A DNA stretch of 64,000 bases from Flavobacteriales bacterium (GTDB lineage: Bacteria > Bacteroidota > Bacteroidia > Palsa-965). The translations under genes and the position numbers were made by a program. Position 1 is the first letter of the stretch. Every line of letters starts with the position of its first letter. A model generated the notes under the pieces. The model was not told where the DNA came from. It saw only the letters and a program-made list of their open reading frames with translations, and made no database searches. The stretch spans positions 64,001-128,000 of the forward strand of contig JBEIPA010000009.1 in assembly GCA_040377305.1 (NCBI GenBank), in the 5' to 3' direction. This document shows, one piece after another, positions 37,114 to 46,964 of the stretch.

Positions 37114-37644
37114 CTAGTCTGGTTTCTTCACCGGCATTCTTAAACTTTCCGGAACAACAACATCTCCGTTCTCTTCTTCATACGTGCAATACGTAATCCA
37201 CCAACGATTTTGGTCGTAGAAGATGTTGAATACGTTAACACCACGCAATTGGATTGTGTCTCCTTTCGGATTGATGTCGGCTAATTCGTACCCGGAATAA
37301 ACGCACATCATGTGTCCGAAAGCAATGGTTTGGCGACCGGTTTCCCACTCTTTAAAATAGTGCGTAGCTGTAAATCCTTTCATGATCTTCAGATATTCCT
37401 GCGGCGTGATTCTGAAGTTCACCAGTTTTGTTGAATCTTTTCGTGAAGGCACAATTCCATCGAGCTGTGCTCCCGGCCAGAATAAATTCATGAAGCGGGC
37501 GCTGTCAATCTGTTTCCCTTTTTTGACGTCGAGGCAACTATAGAATGCTTTAATCAGTCCATCGGGAGTGGAGAGATCGTCTTGGGCGTTTGCTGTTAAT
37601 CCAAATGCAATCAACAGCGAGAATGTCGCGACTATTTTTTTCAT
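37114..37644 (-). CDS. secreted NTF2-like hypothetical protein
   Basis: Signal peptide; F.E.E..R....FGH......Y...RGVN..WWI. Confidence 0.7.
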   Translation of the reverse strand: MKKIVATFSLLIAFGLTANAQDDLSTPDGLIKAFYSCLDVKKGKQIDSARFMNLFWPGAQLDGIVPSRKDSTKLVNFRITPQEYLKIMKGFTATHYFKEWETGRQTIAFGHMMCVYSGYELADINPKGDTIQLRGVNVFNIFYDQNRWWITYCTYEEENGDVVVPESLRMPVKKPD

Positions 37645-37676
37645 AGCGATCAATTTATACAACCAGATTCTGAGAA

Positions 37677-38237
37677 CTAAAGCATTCTCTCAATAGCACT
37701 TGCAAAATGTTCATGCTCCAATCTTTGAACTTTTGCAGCAAGTGTTTCAATGGTATCGCCTGCATCAACCGCACAGGTGAATTGGGCAATGTGATCACCC
37801 TCATCAAAATTCTCATTCACTAAATGAATTGTGATTCCGCTTTCTTTTTCTCCCGCAGCAAGCACCGCCGCGTGAACATGTTTCCCATACATTCCCTTTC
37901 CGCCAAATTTCGGAAGTAACGCAGGATGAATGTTTATGATTCGGTTTCGGTAAGCGAGAATAAGAATTTCCGGAATAAGCCAGAGAAATCCAGCGAGCAC
38001 AATCATATCGATCGCGCGGATTTTCAACTCATCGAGTACAGAGCGCGTTGAATAGAATTGTTCGCGATCAACAATCATTGTCTCAACGCCGTACTCCTGC
38101 GCCATTTTCACTGCTCCCGCATCAGCGCGATTCGAAATCAGCAACGTGACTTGCGCATCCATGTGCATTTCGAAATGACGGATGAGAATTTCGGCGTTGG
38201 TGCCAGTGCCGGAAGCGAAGATTGCGATCTTTTTCAC
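37677..38237 (-). CDS. purN: phosphoribosylglycinamide formyltransferase
   Basis: ASGTGTN, LAGFL, INIHPALLPKFGG, SGITIH. Confidence 0.95.
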   Translation of the reverse strand: MKKIAIFASGTGTNAEILIRHFEMHMDAQVTLLISNRADAGAVKMAQEYGVETMIVDREQFYSTRSVLDELKIRAIDMIVLAGFLWLIPEILILAYRNRIINIHPALLPKFGGKGMYGKHVHAAVLAAGEKESGITIHLVNENFDEGDHIAQFTCAVDAGDTIETLAAKVQRLEHEHFASAIERML

Positions 38238-38247
38238 GGCGCAAAGG

Positions 38248-38283
38248 TAATGTGCTAATGTGCTAATTGGTTAATGTGCTAAT
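38248..38283 (+). repeat. 8-nt tandem repeats (TAATGTGC), left flank of the four-helix-bundle gene
   Basis: About 4.5 units; inverted counterpart at 38756-38791. Confidence 0.85.
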
Positions 38284-38396
38284 AAAGCAGTAAAAATATT
38301 TTACCTACGGTAACCTGTCTACCCTGAAAAATATTTTTGGAGATCTGATTTTCCTACGATTACATTTGCCGCCCAATTTTCACAAAAACCAATTAT

Positions 38397-38744
38397 ATGC
38401 AAGCGAGACCAAATCCACTCAAAACGAAATCATTTCAATTTGCACTAGACATCATTGAATTCAATCAATCGTTGATTGCAACGCACCAGTACGTAATTTC
38501 AAAGCAATTAGTAAAATCAGGGACCTCAATCGGTGCTAACATTTATGAAGCACAAAGTCCTGAAAGCAAGAACGACTTCGTACATAAATTAAAGATTGCA
38601 GCCAAGGAAGCCTCAGAAACTGACTTCTGGCTTGAACTCTGCAAAGTATCACCTTACCTGCCCGATCCAACTGCGCTCCAAGGAAACCTGGTAGAGATTC
38701 AAAAACTGTTGTCGGCCAGCATTAGCACCAGTAAAGGAAGATAA
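38397..38744 (+). CDS. four helix bundle protein (TIGR02436 / 23S rRNA IVP-like)
   Basis: KSFQFAL, QLVKSGTSIGANIYEA, DFVHKLKIAAKEASET.FWL. Confidence 0.92.
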   Translation: MQARPNPLKTKSFQFALDIIEFNQSLIATHQYVISKQLVKSGTSIGANIYEAQSPESKNDFVHKLKIAAKEASETDFWLELCKVSPYLPDPTALQGNLVEIQKLLSASISTSKGR

Positions 38745-38755
38745 TCGTCGGTCTG

Positions 38756-38791
38756 ATTAGCACATTAGCCAATTAGCAAATTAACCAATTA
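38756..38791 (-). repeat. 8-nt tandem repeats, right flank (inverted)
   Basis: ATTAGCAC ATTAGCCA ATTAGCAA ATTAACCA ATTA. Confidence 0.85.
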
Positions 38792-39580
38792 CTCGGAACG
38801 CTCAATTTCAAGTTCCGTACGTGTAATTTTGCCCGCAGAAGAAATCTGCCCCGTAAATGTTTTGCGCATCACGGAATAAACCGGCTTATCGTTTACATCG
38901 TAATCTTCGGTTGAGTCGGCGTAGAGGCTGCGGAATGATCCATCCAGAAAAATATTACTGTATTCGCGACACGTCCACGAGATCGGCGCATCAGCTCCAC
39001 CTTCATCGCGCGCCATGCATTGCGTAGAAATTTGTTTTCCGCTCTTGTCATAAGTGGTGAGCATGAACAATGTTCCCATTGCATACGGACAAGCCTGTGC
39101 GGTTTCATAATCCAATCGCCAGGTTACCCAGCAACCGTTAGAATCTTTACGGATGGTGTCAAGCAGTTTTATTTCTGCCCAAACCATTTGTCCCATATCG
39201 TCGCTGGGAGAATCACCGGCTTTCTTTAACGAGTCGAGATATAGGTAACGTTGGAACTTGTAAGCTGCTTCGGGATCACACTCCGTATCGAGCGGCACAA
39301 ATCTTCTCCGCACTTCTTTTCCGGAAAGCACTTTGCCTTTCTTATTCGACAACGCAGCGTTGAATGAAAAGAAGATCTGCGATTTATCAGCAGGTGCAAT
39401 TGTGTCTCCGCCCATTTTCGTAGCAAGAGCTTCTGTTGGAACTGTGTCTTTCGGCAGAGAGTCAACGACCACTAAAGAATCGGTCGTGGTATCAACGTTA
39501 TTTGTTGTAGTCGTGTTCTCGTTGCCGCATGAAGCGAAAGCAACGAATGCAATGGGCAAAAGAATTCGGAAAATGTGCAT
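38789..39580 (-). CDS. hypothetical lipoprotein
   Basis: Lipobox FASC; ATG 3 nt after TATCTTTG. Confidence 0.75.
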   Translation of the reverse strand: MHIFRILLPIAFVAFASCGNENTTTTNNVDTTTDSLVVVDSLPKDTVPTEALATKMGGDTIAPADKSQIFFSFNAALSNKKGKVLSGKEVRRRFVPLDTECDPEAAYKFQRYLYLDSLKKAGDSPSDDMGQMVWAEIKLLDTIRKDSNGCWVTWRLDYETAQACPYAMGTLFMLTTYDKSGKQISTQCMARDEGGADAPISWTCREYSNIFLDGSFRSLYADSTEDYDVNDKPVYSVMRKTFTGQISSAGKITRTELEIERSE

Positions 39581-39736
39581 GATCAAAGATAGCGAAGTCG
39601 ATAAGTCAATTTGTGATCAACCAGCCAGACCGAACTTTATACTTGAAGACCTGTTGCTTGCCGACTTTCACAGCGGTTGTGTCGAATTGACAGAACTCTG
39701 ATTCACAATCCCCGTAAATTGATGAAACTTGTATTA

Positions 39737-40396
39737 ATGAAGTTTACCCCCATTCCATATTCCCCTGAGAAAATTACGGTTGAAGAGTCGCGGAAGCGTG
39801 CCGAAGAATTTTATGCAAAAATGGATCAGCGCAGAACCGTTCGCCATTTTTCAGATCGTGAAGTGCCCGACGACGTTATCGATACACTTATCATGACAGC
39901 GTCGACTGCGCCATCCGGAGCTCACAAGCAACCGTGGCAGTTTTGTGTGGTGCGCGACAAGGCGTTGAAAAAACGGATCCGTGAAGCAGCCGAGAAGGAA
40001 GAGCATGAAAGTTACAGCGTTCGTATGCCGCGGGAGTGGAAAGATGATCTTGCTGTTCTTGGCACCGATTGGCAAAAACCATTTCTGGAAATTGCGCCGG
40101 TTCTCATAGTCGTGTTCAAACGTTCGTATGAAATAGTAGATGAACGTAAGAAGAACAACTACTATGTAACCGAATCGGTTGGACTTGCGTCTGGATTTTT
40201 GCTGGCAGCCATTCATAACGCCGGACTGGTTGCATTAACACATACGCCAAGCCCGATGAATTTCCTGTCGCAGATTCTGGAGCGCCCATCCAACGAAAAG
40301 CCCTTTTTACTCATTCCCGTGGGATACGCTGCAGAGGACTGCACGGTGCCAAAACTCACGCGGAAGCCCGAAAATGAGGTGATAACATATTATTAG
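39737..40396 (+). CDS. iodotyrosine deiodinase-like nitroreductase
   Basis: RRTVRHFS, TAPSGAHKQPW, EAAEKEE, LGTDWQKPFLE, THTPSPM. Confidence 0.85.
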   Translation: MKFTPIPYSPEKITVEESRKRAEEFYAKMDQRRTVRHFSDREVPDDVIDTLIMTASTAPSGAHKQPWQFCVVRDKALKKRIREAAEKEEHESYSVRMPREWKDDLAVLGTDWQKPFLEIAPVLIVVFKRSYEIVDERKKNNYYVTESVGLASGFLLAAIHNAGLVALTHTPSPMNFLSQILERPSNEKPFLLIPVGYAAEDCTVPKLTRKPENEVITYY

Positions 40397-40415
40397 CCAG
40401 TAGATTAGCTTATTC

Positions 40416-40446
40416 TTTGGTTATTACTTCGTTACCTATATCTTTG
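40416..40446 (+). promoter_or_regulatory. Bacteroidota primary-sigma promoter of acpP-fabF-rnc
   Basis: TTTG-N19-TATCTTTG. Confidence 0.8.
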
Positions 40447-40478
40447 CAGGCACATTAAACTAAAAAAACTGCTTTAAG

Positions 40479-40715
40479 ATGTCAGACATTTCAGCAAAAG
40501 TGAAAGCAATCATCGTTGATAAACTCGGTGTAGATGAGAAAGAAGTTACCGAGGCGGCAAGTTTCACAAACGATCTCGGCGCAGATTCTCTTGATACAGT
40601 TGAATTGATCATGGAGTTCGAGAAAGAGTTCAACATTGCTATTCCAGATGACCAGGCTGAGAAAATCAACACGGTTGGAGAAGCAATTAAATACATTCAG
40701 GAGCACGCGAAATAA
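40479..40715 (+). CDS. acpP: acyl carrier protein
   Basis: [12 protein letters not shown]. Confidence 0.97.
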   Translation: MSDISAKVKAIIVDKLGVDEKEVTEAASFTNDLGADSLDTVELIMEFEKEFNIAIPDDQAEKINTVGEAIKYIQEHAK

Positions 40716-40748
40716 TTAGCGCTCTTTGATCCACAAAATTTTACGGGC

Positions 40749-41999
40749 ATGCAGTTGAAACGGGTCGTTGTAACAGGGTTAGGCGCTATCACGCCTCTCG
40801 GTAATACTGTACAGGATTACTGGAAGAATCTCGTTGCAGGAGTTAGCGGAGCCGCACTTATTACGCGCTTCGATGCTTCTAAATTTAAGACTCAATTCGC
40901 TTGCGAAGTAAAGGGCTTTAATCCTGAAGACTACTTCGACAAAAAGGAAGCCCGTAAGCTTGATCCTTACTCACATTACGGAATCGCGGCTGCCGATCAG
41001 GCAGTTCGCGACTCTGGTTTGAATGCCGACGGAATCGACAAGAATGAAGTTGGTGTTATCTGGGGATCCGGAATTGGTGGATTGAAAACATTTCAGGATG
41101 AGTGTTTCAACTTCGCTAAAGGAGATGGAACACCACGATTCAATCCGTTCTTCATTCCGAAAATGATTGCCGATATCTGCTCGGGACATATCTCGATGCG
41201 TTTCGGTTTTCACGGACCAAACTTCACCACAGTTTCAGCGTGTGCTTCTTCAACAAACGCGTTGATTGATGCATTCAACTATATCCGTTTGGGTAAAGCG
41301 AATGCAATCATCACCGGCGGATCAGAAGCATCTGTATTCGAAGCAGGTGTTGGCGGATTCAACGCGGCACAGGCAATGAGTCAGCGAAACGATTCACCTC
41401 AAACTGCATCACGCCCTTACGACAAAGAGCGGGATGGGTTTGTTTTGGGTGAAGGCGGTGGCGCACTCGTGTTCGAAGAGCTTGAGCATGCACTTGCACG
41501 TGGAGCAAAAATTTACGGAGAAGTAATTGGCGGCGGCATGAGTGCTGATGCGCATCACATTACTGCACCACATCCGGAAGGATTAGGCGCAGCGTTAGTA
41601 ATGAAGCGTGCCTTGAAAGACGCAGGCCTTGATACAAGTGAAGTTGATTACATAAACACGCACGGCACATCAACACCACTTGGCGACGTAGCTGAATTGA
41701 AAGCGATTTCTTCTGTATTCGGAGATCACGCATGGAAGCTCAACATCAGTGCAACAAAGTCGATGACCGGCCACTTGCTCGGAGCAGCAGGGGCGATTGA
41801 AGCAATTGCCACTTTGCTCGCTGTGCAAAACAACATTATTCCACCAACGATCAATCACTTTACCGATGATCCGGAAGTGGACTCGCGCTTCAACCTTACC
41901 TTCAACAAGGCTCAGGAACGTGAAGTACGCGCCGCAATCAGCAACACCTTTGGCTTCGGCGGACACAACGCTGCTGTAGTCATGCGCAAATACAAATAA
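40749..41999 (+). CDS. fabF: beta-ketoacyl-ACP synthase II
   Basis: SACAS, THGTST, GHLLGAAG, NTFGFGGHN. Confidence 0.96.
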   Translation: MQLKRVVVTGLGAITPLGNTVQDYWKNLVAGVSGAALITRFDASKFKTQFACEVKGFNPEDYFDKKEARKLDPYSHYGIAAADQAVRDSGLNADGIDKNEVGVIWGSGIGGLKTFQDECFNFAKGDGTPRFNPFFIPKMIADICSGHISMRFGFHGPNFTTVSACASSTNALIDAFNYIRLGKANAIITGGSEASVFEAGVGGFNAAQAMSQRNDSPQTASRPYDKERDGFVLGEGGGALVFEELEHALARGAKIYGEVIGGGMSADAHHITAPHPEGLGAALVMKRALKDAGLDTSEVDYINTHGTSTPLGDVAELKAISSVFGDHAWKLNISATKSMTGHLLGAAGAIEAIATLLAVQNNIIPPTINHFTDDPEVDSRFNLTFNKAQEREVRAAISNTFGFGGHNAAVVMRKYK

Positions 42000-42730
42000 T
42001 GGTTTTTCGCGCAGTTACAGCGCTCTTTCAATCCGCTGAGGATCGTGCATTTTCACGTTCACTCCGGAACATTCTGGGATTTTCTCCCGGGAATCTCGCG
42101 CTTTACCGAAAAGCATTCACGCATTCTTCTGCAGCTAATCAGGCAAAAGACCGCGGACAAGAGAAAGAAAGCTACGAGCGTTTGGAATTTCTCGGCGATG
42201 CAATTCTCTCTGCAGTAATCGCCGATTTTCTCTTCAAGAAATTTCCACTCAAGGACGAAGGCTTTCTTACAAAAATGCGTTCACGAATTGTAAGCAGACA
42301 AATGCTTGGCAAGCTTGCACACAAATTCGGCCTGGAGAAATTGATTGAAGCAGAAAATGGAGTAGCCGGAAGAAGCTCTTCGATTTATGGAGATGTATTT
42401 GAAGCCATTCTCGGAGCAGTTTATCTCGACAAAGGTTATCCGTTCACTTCCGCATTTATTCGTAATTCTATTATCAAGTATCATCTCGACATTGACGAGA
42501 TTGAAACGATTGATACGGATTACAAGAGCAAGCTCATTGAGTGGGCACAGAAGAACAAGAAGGATCTGAAGTTCCGCTTAGTGGAGGAGAAAGGCACCGG
42601 CACGCAGAAATTGTTTGTTGTTGAAATTGTTGTGGACGGAACTGGCATTGGCTCCAGCGAAAATTTCTCCAAGAAAAAAGCGGAGCAGGAAGCGGCGGCG
42701 ATTGCGATTGTTTCGCTTGGGCTTACTTAA
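41999..42730 (+). CDS. rnc: ribonuclease III
   Basis: ERLEFLGDAIL; C-terminal dsRBD. Confidence 0.96.
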   Translation: MVFRAVTALFQSAEDRAFSRSLRNILGFSPGNLALYRKAFTHSSAANQAKDRGQEKESYERLEFLGDAILSAVIADFLFKKFPLKDEGFLTKMRSRIVSRQMLGKLAHKFGLEKLIEAENGVAGRSSSIYGDVFEAILGAVYLDKGYPFTSAFIRNSIIKYHLDIDEIETIDTDYKSKLIEWAQKNKKDLKFRLVEEKGTGTQKLFVVEIVVDGTGIGSSENFSKKKAEQEAAAIAIVSLGLT

Positions 42731-42846
42731 GGTTCTCAGTTCTCCGTTCTCGGTTTTGTGACACGCGAGATTGTGGTTGACGGACGTTGTAGGATGGTCC
42801 GCGGAAAGGACGGAAAATACAGATCAAACGGATTAATATCTGAATA

Positions 42847-43206
42847 ATGAGAGTCGCGCTAATTTTCACAGTTGTTTTTATTTTGGTTGGATGCAACAGG
42901 AACATACCCCATGTTTATTTTGATTCACGGAATAGTCTACTTTATATCGATTCGATCAATAACCCAGACTTTTATATTTACAGCGCATCGATTTATAGCG
43001 CGAATGGAGTTGAGGCCGCAACAGATGTTGGCGATACTGCACTACATTTAAAGCAGTACTCGTTCAAGAAATATGTGGACTCGGTCAATGATCACGTTTT
43101 CTCAGTAAATGTTTACTTGAAAGGACACTCCGGTTCCATCATTATGTATTATGGAGATGTGGAGGATGATAGCAGTATGGTTGAAATTGCACAGTCAGAC
43201 TTGTAA
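42847..43206 (+). CDS. hypothetical lipoprotein
   Basis: Lipobox LVGC. Confidence 0.55.
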   Translation: MRVALIFTVVFILVGCNRNIPHVYFDSRNSLLYIDSINNPDFYIYSASIYSANGVEAATDVGDTALHLKQYSFKKYVDSVNDHVFSVNVYLKGHSGSIIMYYGDVEDDSSMVEIAQSDL

Positions 43207-43300
43207 GCGATCAAAGGATGCTAAATGGCGGAGGAATAAAAGCATCATTAACCTGGTTCTTCTTTGCGTTCCTTCGCGTCTTCGCGTCTTTGTAGTTGAG

Positions 43301-43948
43301 TTACTGCAGTTGGAGAATAGTATCGCGTGACCCAATTGCACTACCATCTTCTCTCCACGAATCCCATCTCACAAACAATCCCTCCTCCACAAACGCAAAA
43401 CTATCCAGCGCAATCGTGATGTCGCCCGGCCACTCGTAATCAGGAAGATTTATAGGTTGATGTGTTCCGCTGTTCACGTTGTACAAACAGAATTCACCTT
43501 CTTCTTCCAAACAACTTCGCGCAAAAATGTAACCGCGATTAGTATCTCGCAGTAGATCTTCTTCGAGCACAACAATGGAATCGCCGGGCTTCACCGGCAA
43601 AAGCATGAGCGACCAACAGGACGATCCGCAACTTTCGCGCATTGCGATGTAATTATCAAATTCGCAGATGTACCACGGCAATCCTCTTGGCGCCGGCCAC
43701 TTTCCGTATTCATGTGCTCCGATTTTTCCGTTTTGTTGGCTACCCCACGACATTATCAATGTGGTGTCGCTGTTCAGGAAAAAGTCGATGTACTTACCGG
43801 AGGGCAGAAAAGTGTCCATTTGGTTAGCCTCTTGAGCAGGTGAAGTATACACCCTGCAGGAGTTAAACGCTTGCGGGGTGGTCGAAGGGTCGTCCTTAAC
43901 CATACAACCACCGAAAAGTAATATTGCCGCAAAAACCGCGTTCTTCAT
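43301..43948 (-). CDS. hypothetical lipoprotein
   Basis: MKNAVFAAILLFGGC; CGSSCW motif. Confidence 0.65.
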   Translation of the reverse strand: MKNAVFAAILLFGGCMVKDDPSTTPQAFNSCRVYTSPAQEANQMDTFLPSGKYIDFFLNSDTTLIMSWGSQQNGKIGAHEYGKWPAPRGLPWYICEFDNYIAMRESCGSSCWSLMLLPVKPGDSIVVLEEDLLRDTNRGYIFARSCLEEEGEFCLYNVNSGTHQPINLPDYEWPGDITIALDSFAFVEEGLFVRWDSWREDGSAIGSRDTILQLQ

Positions 43949-44116
43949 TGCTATAAATTTGCACCAATGGAATTGTCCGGCTTCACACTTCGAATAAGTG
44001 CCCGTTTTTATCGAAAAAGCGCCGAATTTCGCAATGAAGTCCACCCGCTCCAATTGACCTTCATCGACACACTCCCGTCACTCGTCTCCCGTCACTTGTC
44101 TTCGGAGGCAACCATG

Positions 44117-44145
44117 GGAACCTTTTACCGTCATATTAGCGTAAA
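44117..44145 (+). promoter_or_regulatory. ECF-type promoter (probable autoregulation)
   Basis: GGAACC-N17-CGTAAA upstream of the ECF sigma gene. Confidence 0.55.
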
Positions 44146-44168
44146 AGAAAGCGGACACTTCTCCCGCC

Positions 44169-44750
44169 ATGACTGAAAACGAACTAATCGCCGGTTGCGT
44201 AAGGCAAGACAGAGCTGCACAGGAAGCGCTATACAAGCGTTTCTATGGCAAGATGCTCGGTGTATGCATGCGTTACGCGAAGGATCGTGATGAGGCTAAG
44301 GACATGCTGCAGGAAGGCTTAATCAAAGTGTTTACTACTATCCGCCATTTCGCTGGAAAAGGTTCCTTCGAAGGATGGGTGAGAAGAATTGTAGTGAACA
44401 CCTCGGTTGACCACTTGCGCAGAAACAAGCATCAGTACATGATTGTTTCAACAGTTTATGCGAGAGAAGGAGATATTCCGGATCAACCGGAAGAAATCGA
44501 AGAAGACAGTCTTCTAGGCCAACTTTCTGAAGCGCAAATTCTTGAAGTAGTGCAGGGATTAAGTCCTGCATACAGAACAGTTTTCAACTTGTATGTTATT
44601 GAAGACTTTTCACACAAGGAAATTGCGGATCAGTTAGGAATCAGTGAAGGAACATCGAAATCAAATCTCGCTAAAGCCCGCTTTCAACTGAAGAAACAAT
44701 TGTACAACAAAATCAAAACTGCAGATGAGCAACGGACAGCTACACGATGA
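44169..44750 (+). CDS. ECF RNA polymerase sigma factor
   Basis: DMLQEG, FEGWVRRI, SHKEIA..LGISEGTSKSNL. Confidence 0.93.
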   Translation: MTENELIAGCVRQDRAAQEALYKRFYGKMLGVCMRYAKDRDEAKDMLQEGLIKVFTTIRHFAGKGSFEGWVRRIVVNTSVDHLRRNKHQYMIVSTVYAREGDIPDQPEEIEEDSLLGQLSEAQILEVVQGLSPAYRTVFNLYVIEDFSHKEIADQLGISEGTSKSNLAKARFQLKKQLYNKIKTADEQRTATR

Positions 44751-45447
44751 TAAGCTTTTCCAGGGGCTAAGCGACCGGTTGAGCGACTATGAGGCACCAT
44801 ACGATGGTGCTGACTGGGACGCTATGAGCCGTTCACTTGACAAGCTTCCTAAAACGAACCAGTTCAGGTGGAAATTCTCCCTGAATACAATCGGCATTAT
44901 GCTTGGCATAGTTGGCTTGACTGTACTCGGAGTGGTAATTGCACAAGGAAATGGTAAACCGTCGACGCCTGCGGAAAACAGGACACCAAATTCGACGTCG
45001 ATTGCTCCGGAGAATAAAGTTCCGGCAGCAACAAATACAAATCCTACGGTTAACAATACTTCCGTGAATACGAATGTGGTGAATGCACCGGAAGCAACTT
45101 CTGTTGCAGTGCAAACAATCAACACGCGGAAAGATCTCACGCAGCCGCGCCAAATGGGCAAGGATAATAATCCGTTCCGCTTAGGTGATCAGATTGACCC
45201 GCTCAAAGGATTCGTATATCAAACACAAGAGGATCCCGCATTGATCAATAATCAACACGACTTTGCAAAGCCGGAAGTTTATTATGACATCGATGAGACG
45301 ACTGGTAAAACGAAGAAGATTTACATTCAGGACACCGTGAATGGTGTGAAAGAAGTGAATCAAACAGATTCGATTACACCAGCGCCACAAAGCATTCCCG
45401 AACCTACTGCCCCAACCGATGGGCAGAGGATCGGGTTTGATCAATAA
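44725..45447 (+). CDS. single-TM protein, putative anti-sigma factor
   Basis: Overlaps the sigma gene; L..YE.P....DW N-terminus, one TM, low-complexity periplasmic region. Confidence 0.6.
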   Translation: MSNGQLHDDKLFQGLSDRLSDYEAPYDGADWDAMSRSLDKLPKTNQFRWKFSLNTIGIMLGIVGLTVLGVVIAQGNGKPSTPAENRTPNSTSIAPENKVPAATNTNPTVNNTSVNTNVVNAPEATSVAVQTINTRKDLTQPRQMGKDNNPFRLGDQIDPLKGFVYQTQEDPALINNQHDFAKPEVYYDIDETTGKTKKIYIQDTVNGVKEVNQTDSITPAPQSIPEPTAPTDGQRIGFDQ

Positions 45448-45534
45448 CATAAATAACCCCTTCGACTTTACTGCGAACCGCTCACAGTACTGTCACTGCC
45501 CTGAATTCTCACGAGTTTAGGGTTTTTTTGTTTC

Positions 45535-45666
45535 CAGTAGGCAGTAAGCAGTAGTGCAGTTGGCAAAAAAAATAGACAATGATCGCCGTGCGATTTATCG
45601 CGCGGATCACTGAATCCGGAAAATCCTCCTTGACTGCCGACTGCACTACTGCCCAACTGCCTACTG
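45535..45666. repeat. inverted heptamer repeat arrays (CAGTAGG/CCTACTG) around a short spacer
   Basis: Arrays at 45535-45565 and 45633-45666. Confidence 0.75.
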
Positions 45667-45728
45667 TGAGGCAACCTTTTCCTTCGCCTTCGTCTTCTTA
45701 TTGGCAACACCTTCTAAAACGTATTAAG

Positions 45729-46691
45729 ATGAAACAACTGTACAAGTTCTCCCTCGCGCTTGCGTGCTCGTTTGTGGCAGTTACGCAACTCAAAGCACAG
45801 GATCCTGAGTTTACTCAGTTCTATGCGAATCAGATTTATTTGAATCCTGCTCTGGCAGGAAATACTTATTGTCCTCGTGTAAGCGCTGGATACCGCGTGC
45901 AGTGGCCGAATGTTTACGGCACGTACCAAACACTTGGAGTGTCTATCGATCGTTATGTAGACGCAGTTAAAGGCGGTGTAGGATTGATGGTCATGCAAGA
46001 CCGCGCTGCACAGGGATCGTTGAATACAACAGGCGTAGGATTGGTCTATGCACCGAAAATCCGTCTCGGAAAACACCTTGGTGTTTCATTCGCAGTTCAG
46101 GCCGGCTGGTGGCAGAAAGCGGTGAACTGGAGCAAACTTACATTCGGTGATCAGATTGATTCCAGAGATGGTTTCGTGAACACAACACAAGAGACACGTC
46201 CTGACCAAACCACGCGAGGCGATTTTGATCTCGGAGCAGGAATGGTATTGTCGGGCGATAATTGGTTCGTGGGTGGTGCGCTGCATCATATTCTCGAACA
46301 GAACGAATCGATACTTGGCGGGATCAGCAAACTTCCAATCAAGTACACCGCTCACGCAGGTGCGAATATTCCAATCGGTGATAAGAGCAACAACACGTTT
46401 GTTTCTCCAAACATTCTCTTTCGCAAACAAGGAGATTTCCAACAGATGAACATAGGATGTTATTTCAAAAAACAAACGATCGTTGGCGGACTTTGGTATC
46501 GCGGTCAGGATTCATTCATTATGTTGATCGGTGTAGAAACCGGACAGGTGCGCATTGGATATAGCTACGACGTTACAATTTCTAAACTCACGAACGCAAC
46601 TGCAGGTTCGCACGAGGTATCATTAGGTTATCAATTCTCTTGTAAAAAACCTAAACCGAAATTCCGCCCGGTATCATGTCCGAGCTGGTAA
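45729..46691 (+). CDS. T9SS membrane protein, PorP/SprF family
   Basis: QDPEFTQFY....LNPALAG, YRVQW, GYSYD..SKL...GSHE. Confidence 0.92.
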   Translation: MKQLYKFSLALACSFVAVTQLKAQDPEFTQFYANQIYLNPALAGNTYCPRVSAGYRVQWPNVYGTYQTLGVSIDRYVDAVKGGVGLMVMQDRAAQGSLNTTGVGLVYAPKIRLGKHLGVSFAVQAGWWQKAVNWSKLTFGDQIDSRDGFVNTTQETRPDQTTRGDFDLGAGMVLSGDNWFVGGALHHILEQNESILGGISKLPIKYTAHAGANIPIGDKSNNTFVSPNILFRKQGDFQQMNIGCYFKKQTIVGGLWYRGQDSFIMLIGVETGQVRIGYSYDVTISKLTNATAGSHEVSLGYQFSCKKPKPKFRPVSCPSW

Positions 46692-46755
46692 TGAACCTGT
46701 TTTTTGCCTTAGGTGTTTGCAACTGAAGGCTTATCCTGAAACAGGTCTGGTGTGC

Positions 46756-46790
46756 AATCCCGACGTCTTGAATGGCGTCGGGATTTTTTT
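46756..46790 (+). terminator. intrinsic terminator
   Basis: AATCCCGACGTC..GGCGTCGGGATT-TTTTT. Confidence 0.8.
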
Positions 46791-46942
46791 ATTCGACCCC
46801 TTCAGGGTCGCTATGGCTTGCGCATGTTTTTTGGCTATTAACATTTAACCCCTTCGGGGTTGCTGCACGATGACGCTGAAGGCGTCGAATGTTAATAGCC
46901 AAAAATATCCGTGCGCGAAAACGACCCTGAAGGGGTCGAATA
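46790..46942. repeat. REP/REPIN-like long inverted repeat
   Basis: TATTCGACCCCTTCAGGGTCG ... CGACCCTGAAGGGGTCGAATA; inner TTTTGGCTATTAACATT/AATGTTAATAGCCAAAA; four REP-like palindromes. Confidence 0.8.
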
Positions 46943-46964
46943 ATCCCGACGTATCTTTGCACCC

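Noticed and set aside
45579-45728. N-terminal extension of the PorP-like ORF
   Set aside because: It translates the heptamer repeat array; the signal peptide starts at 45729.
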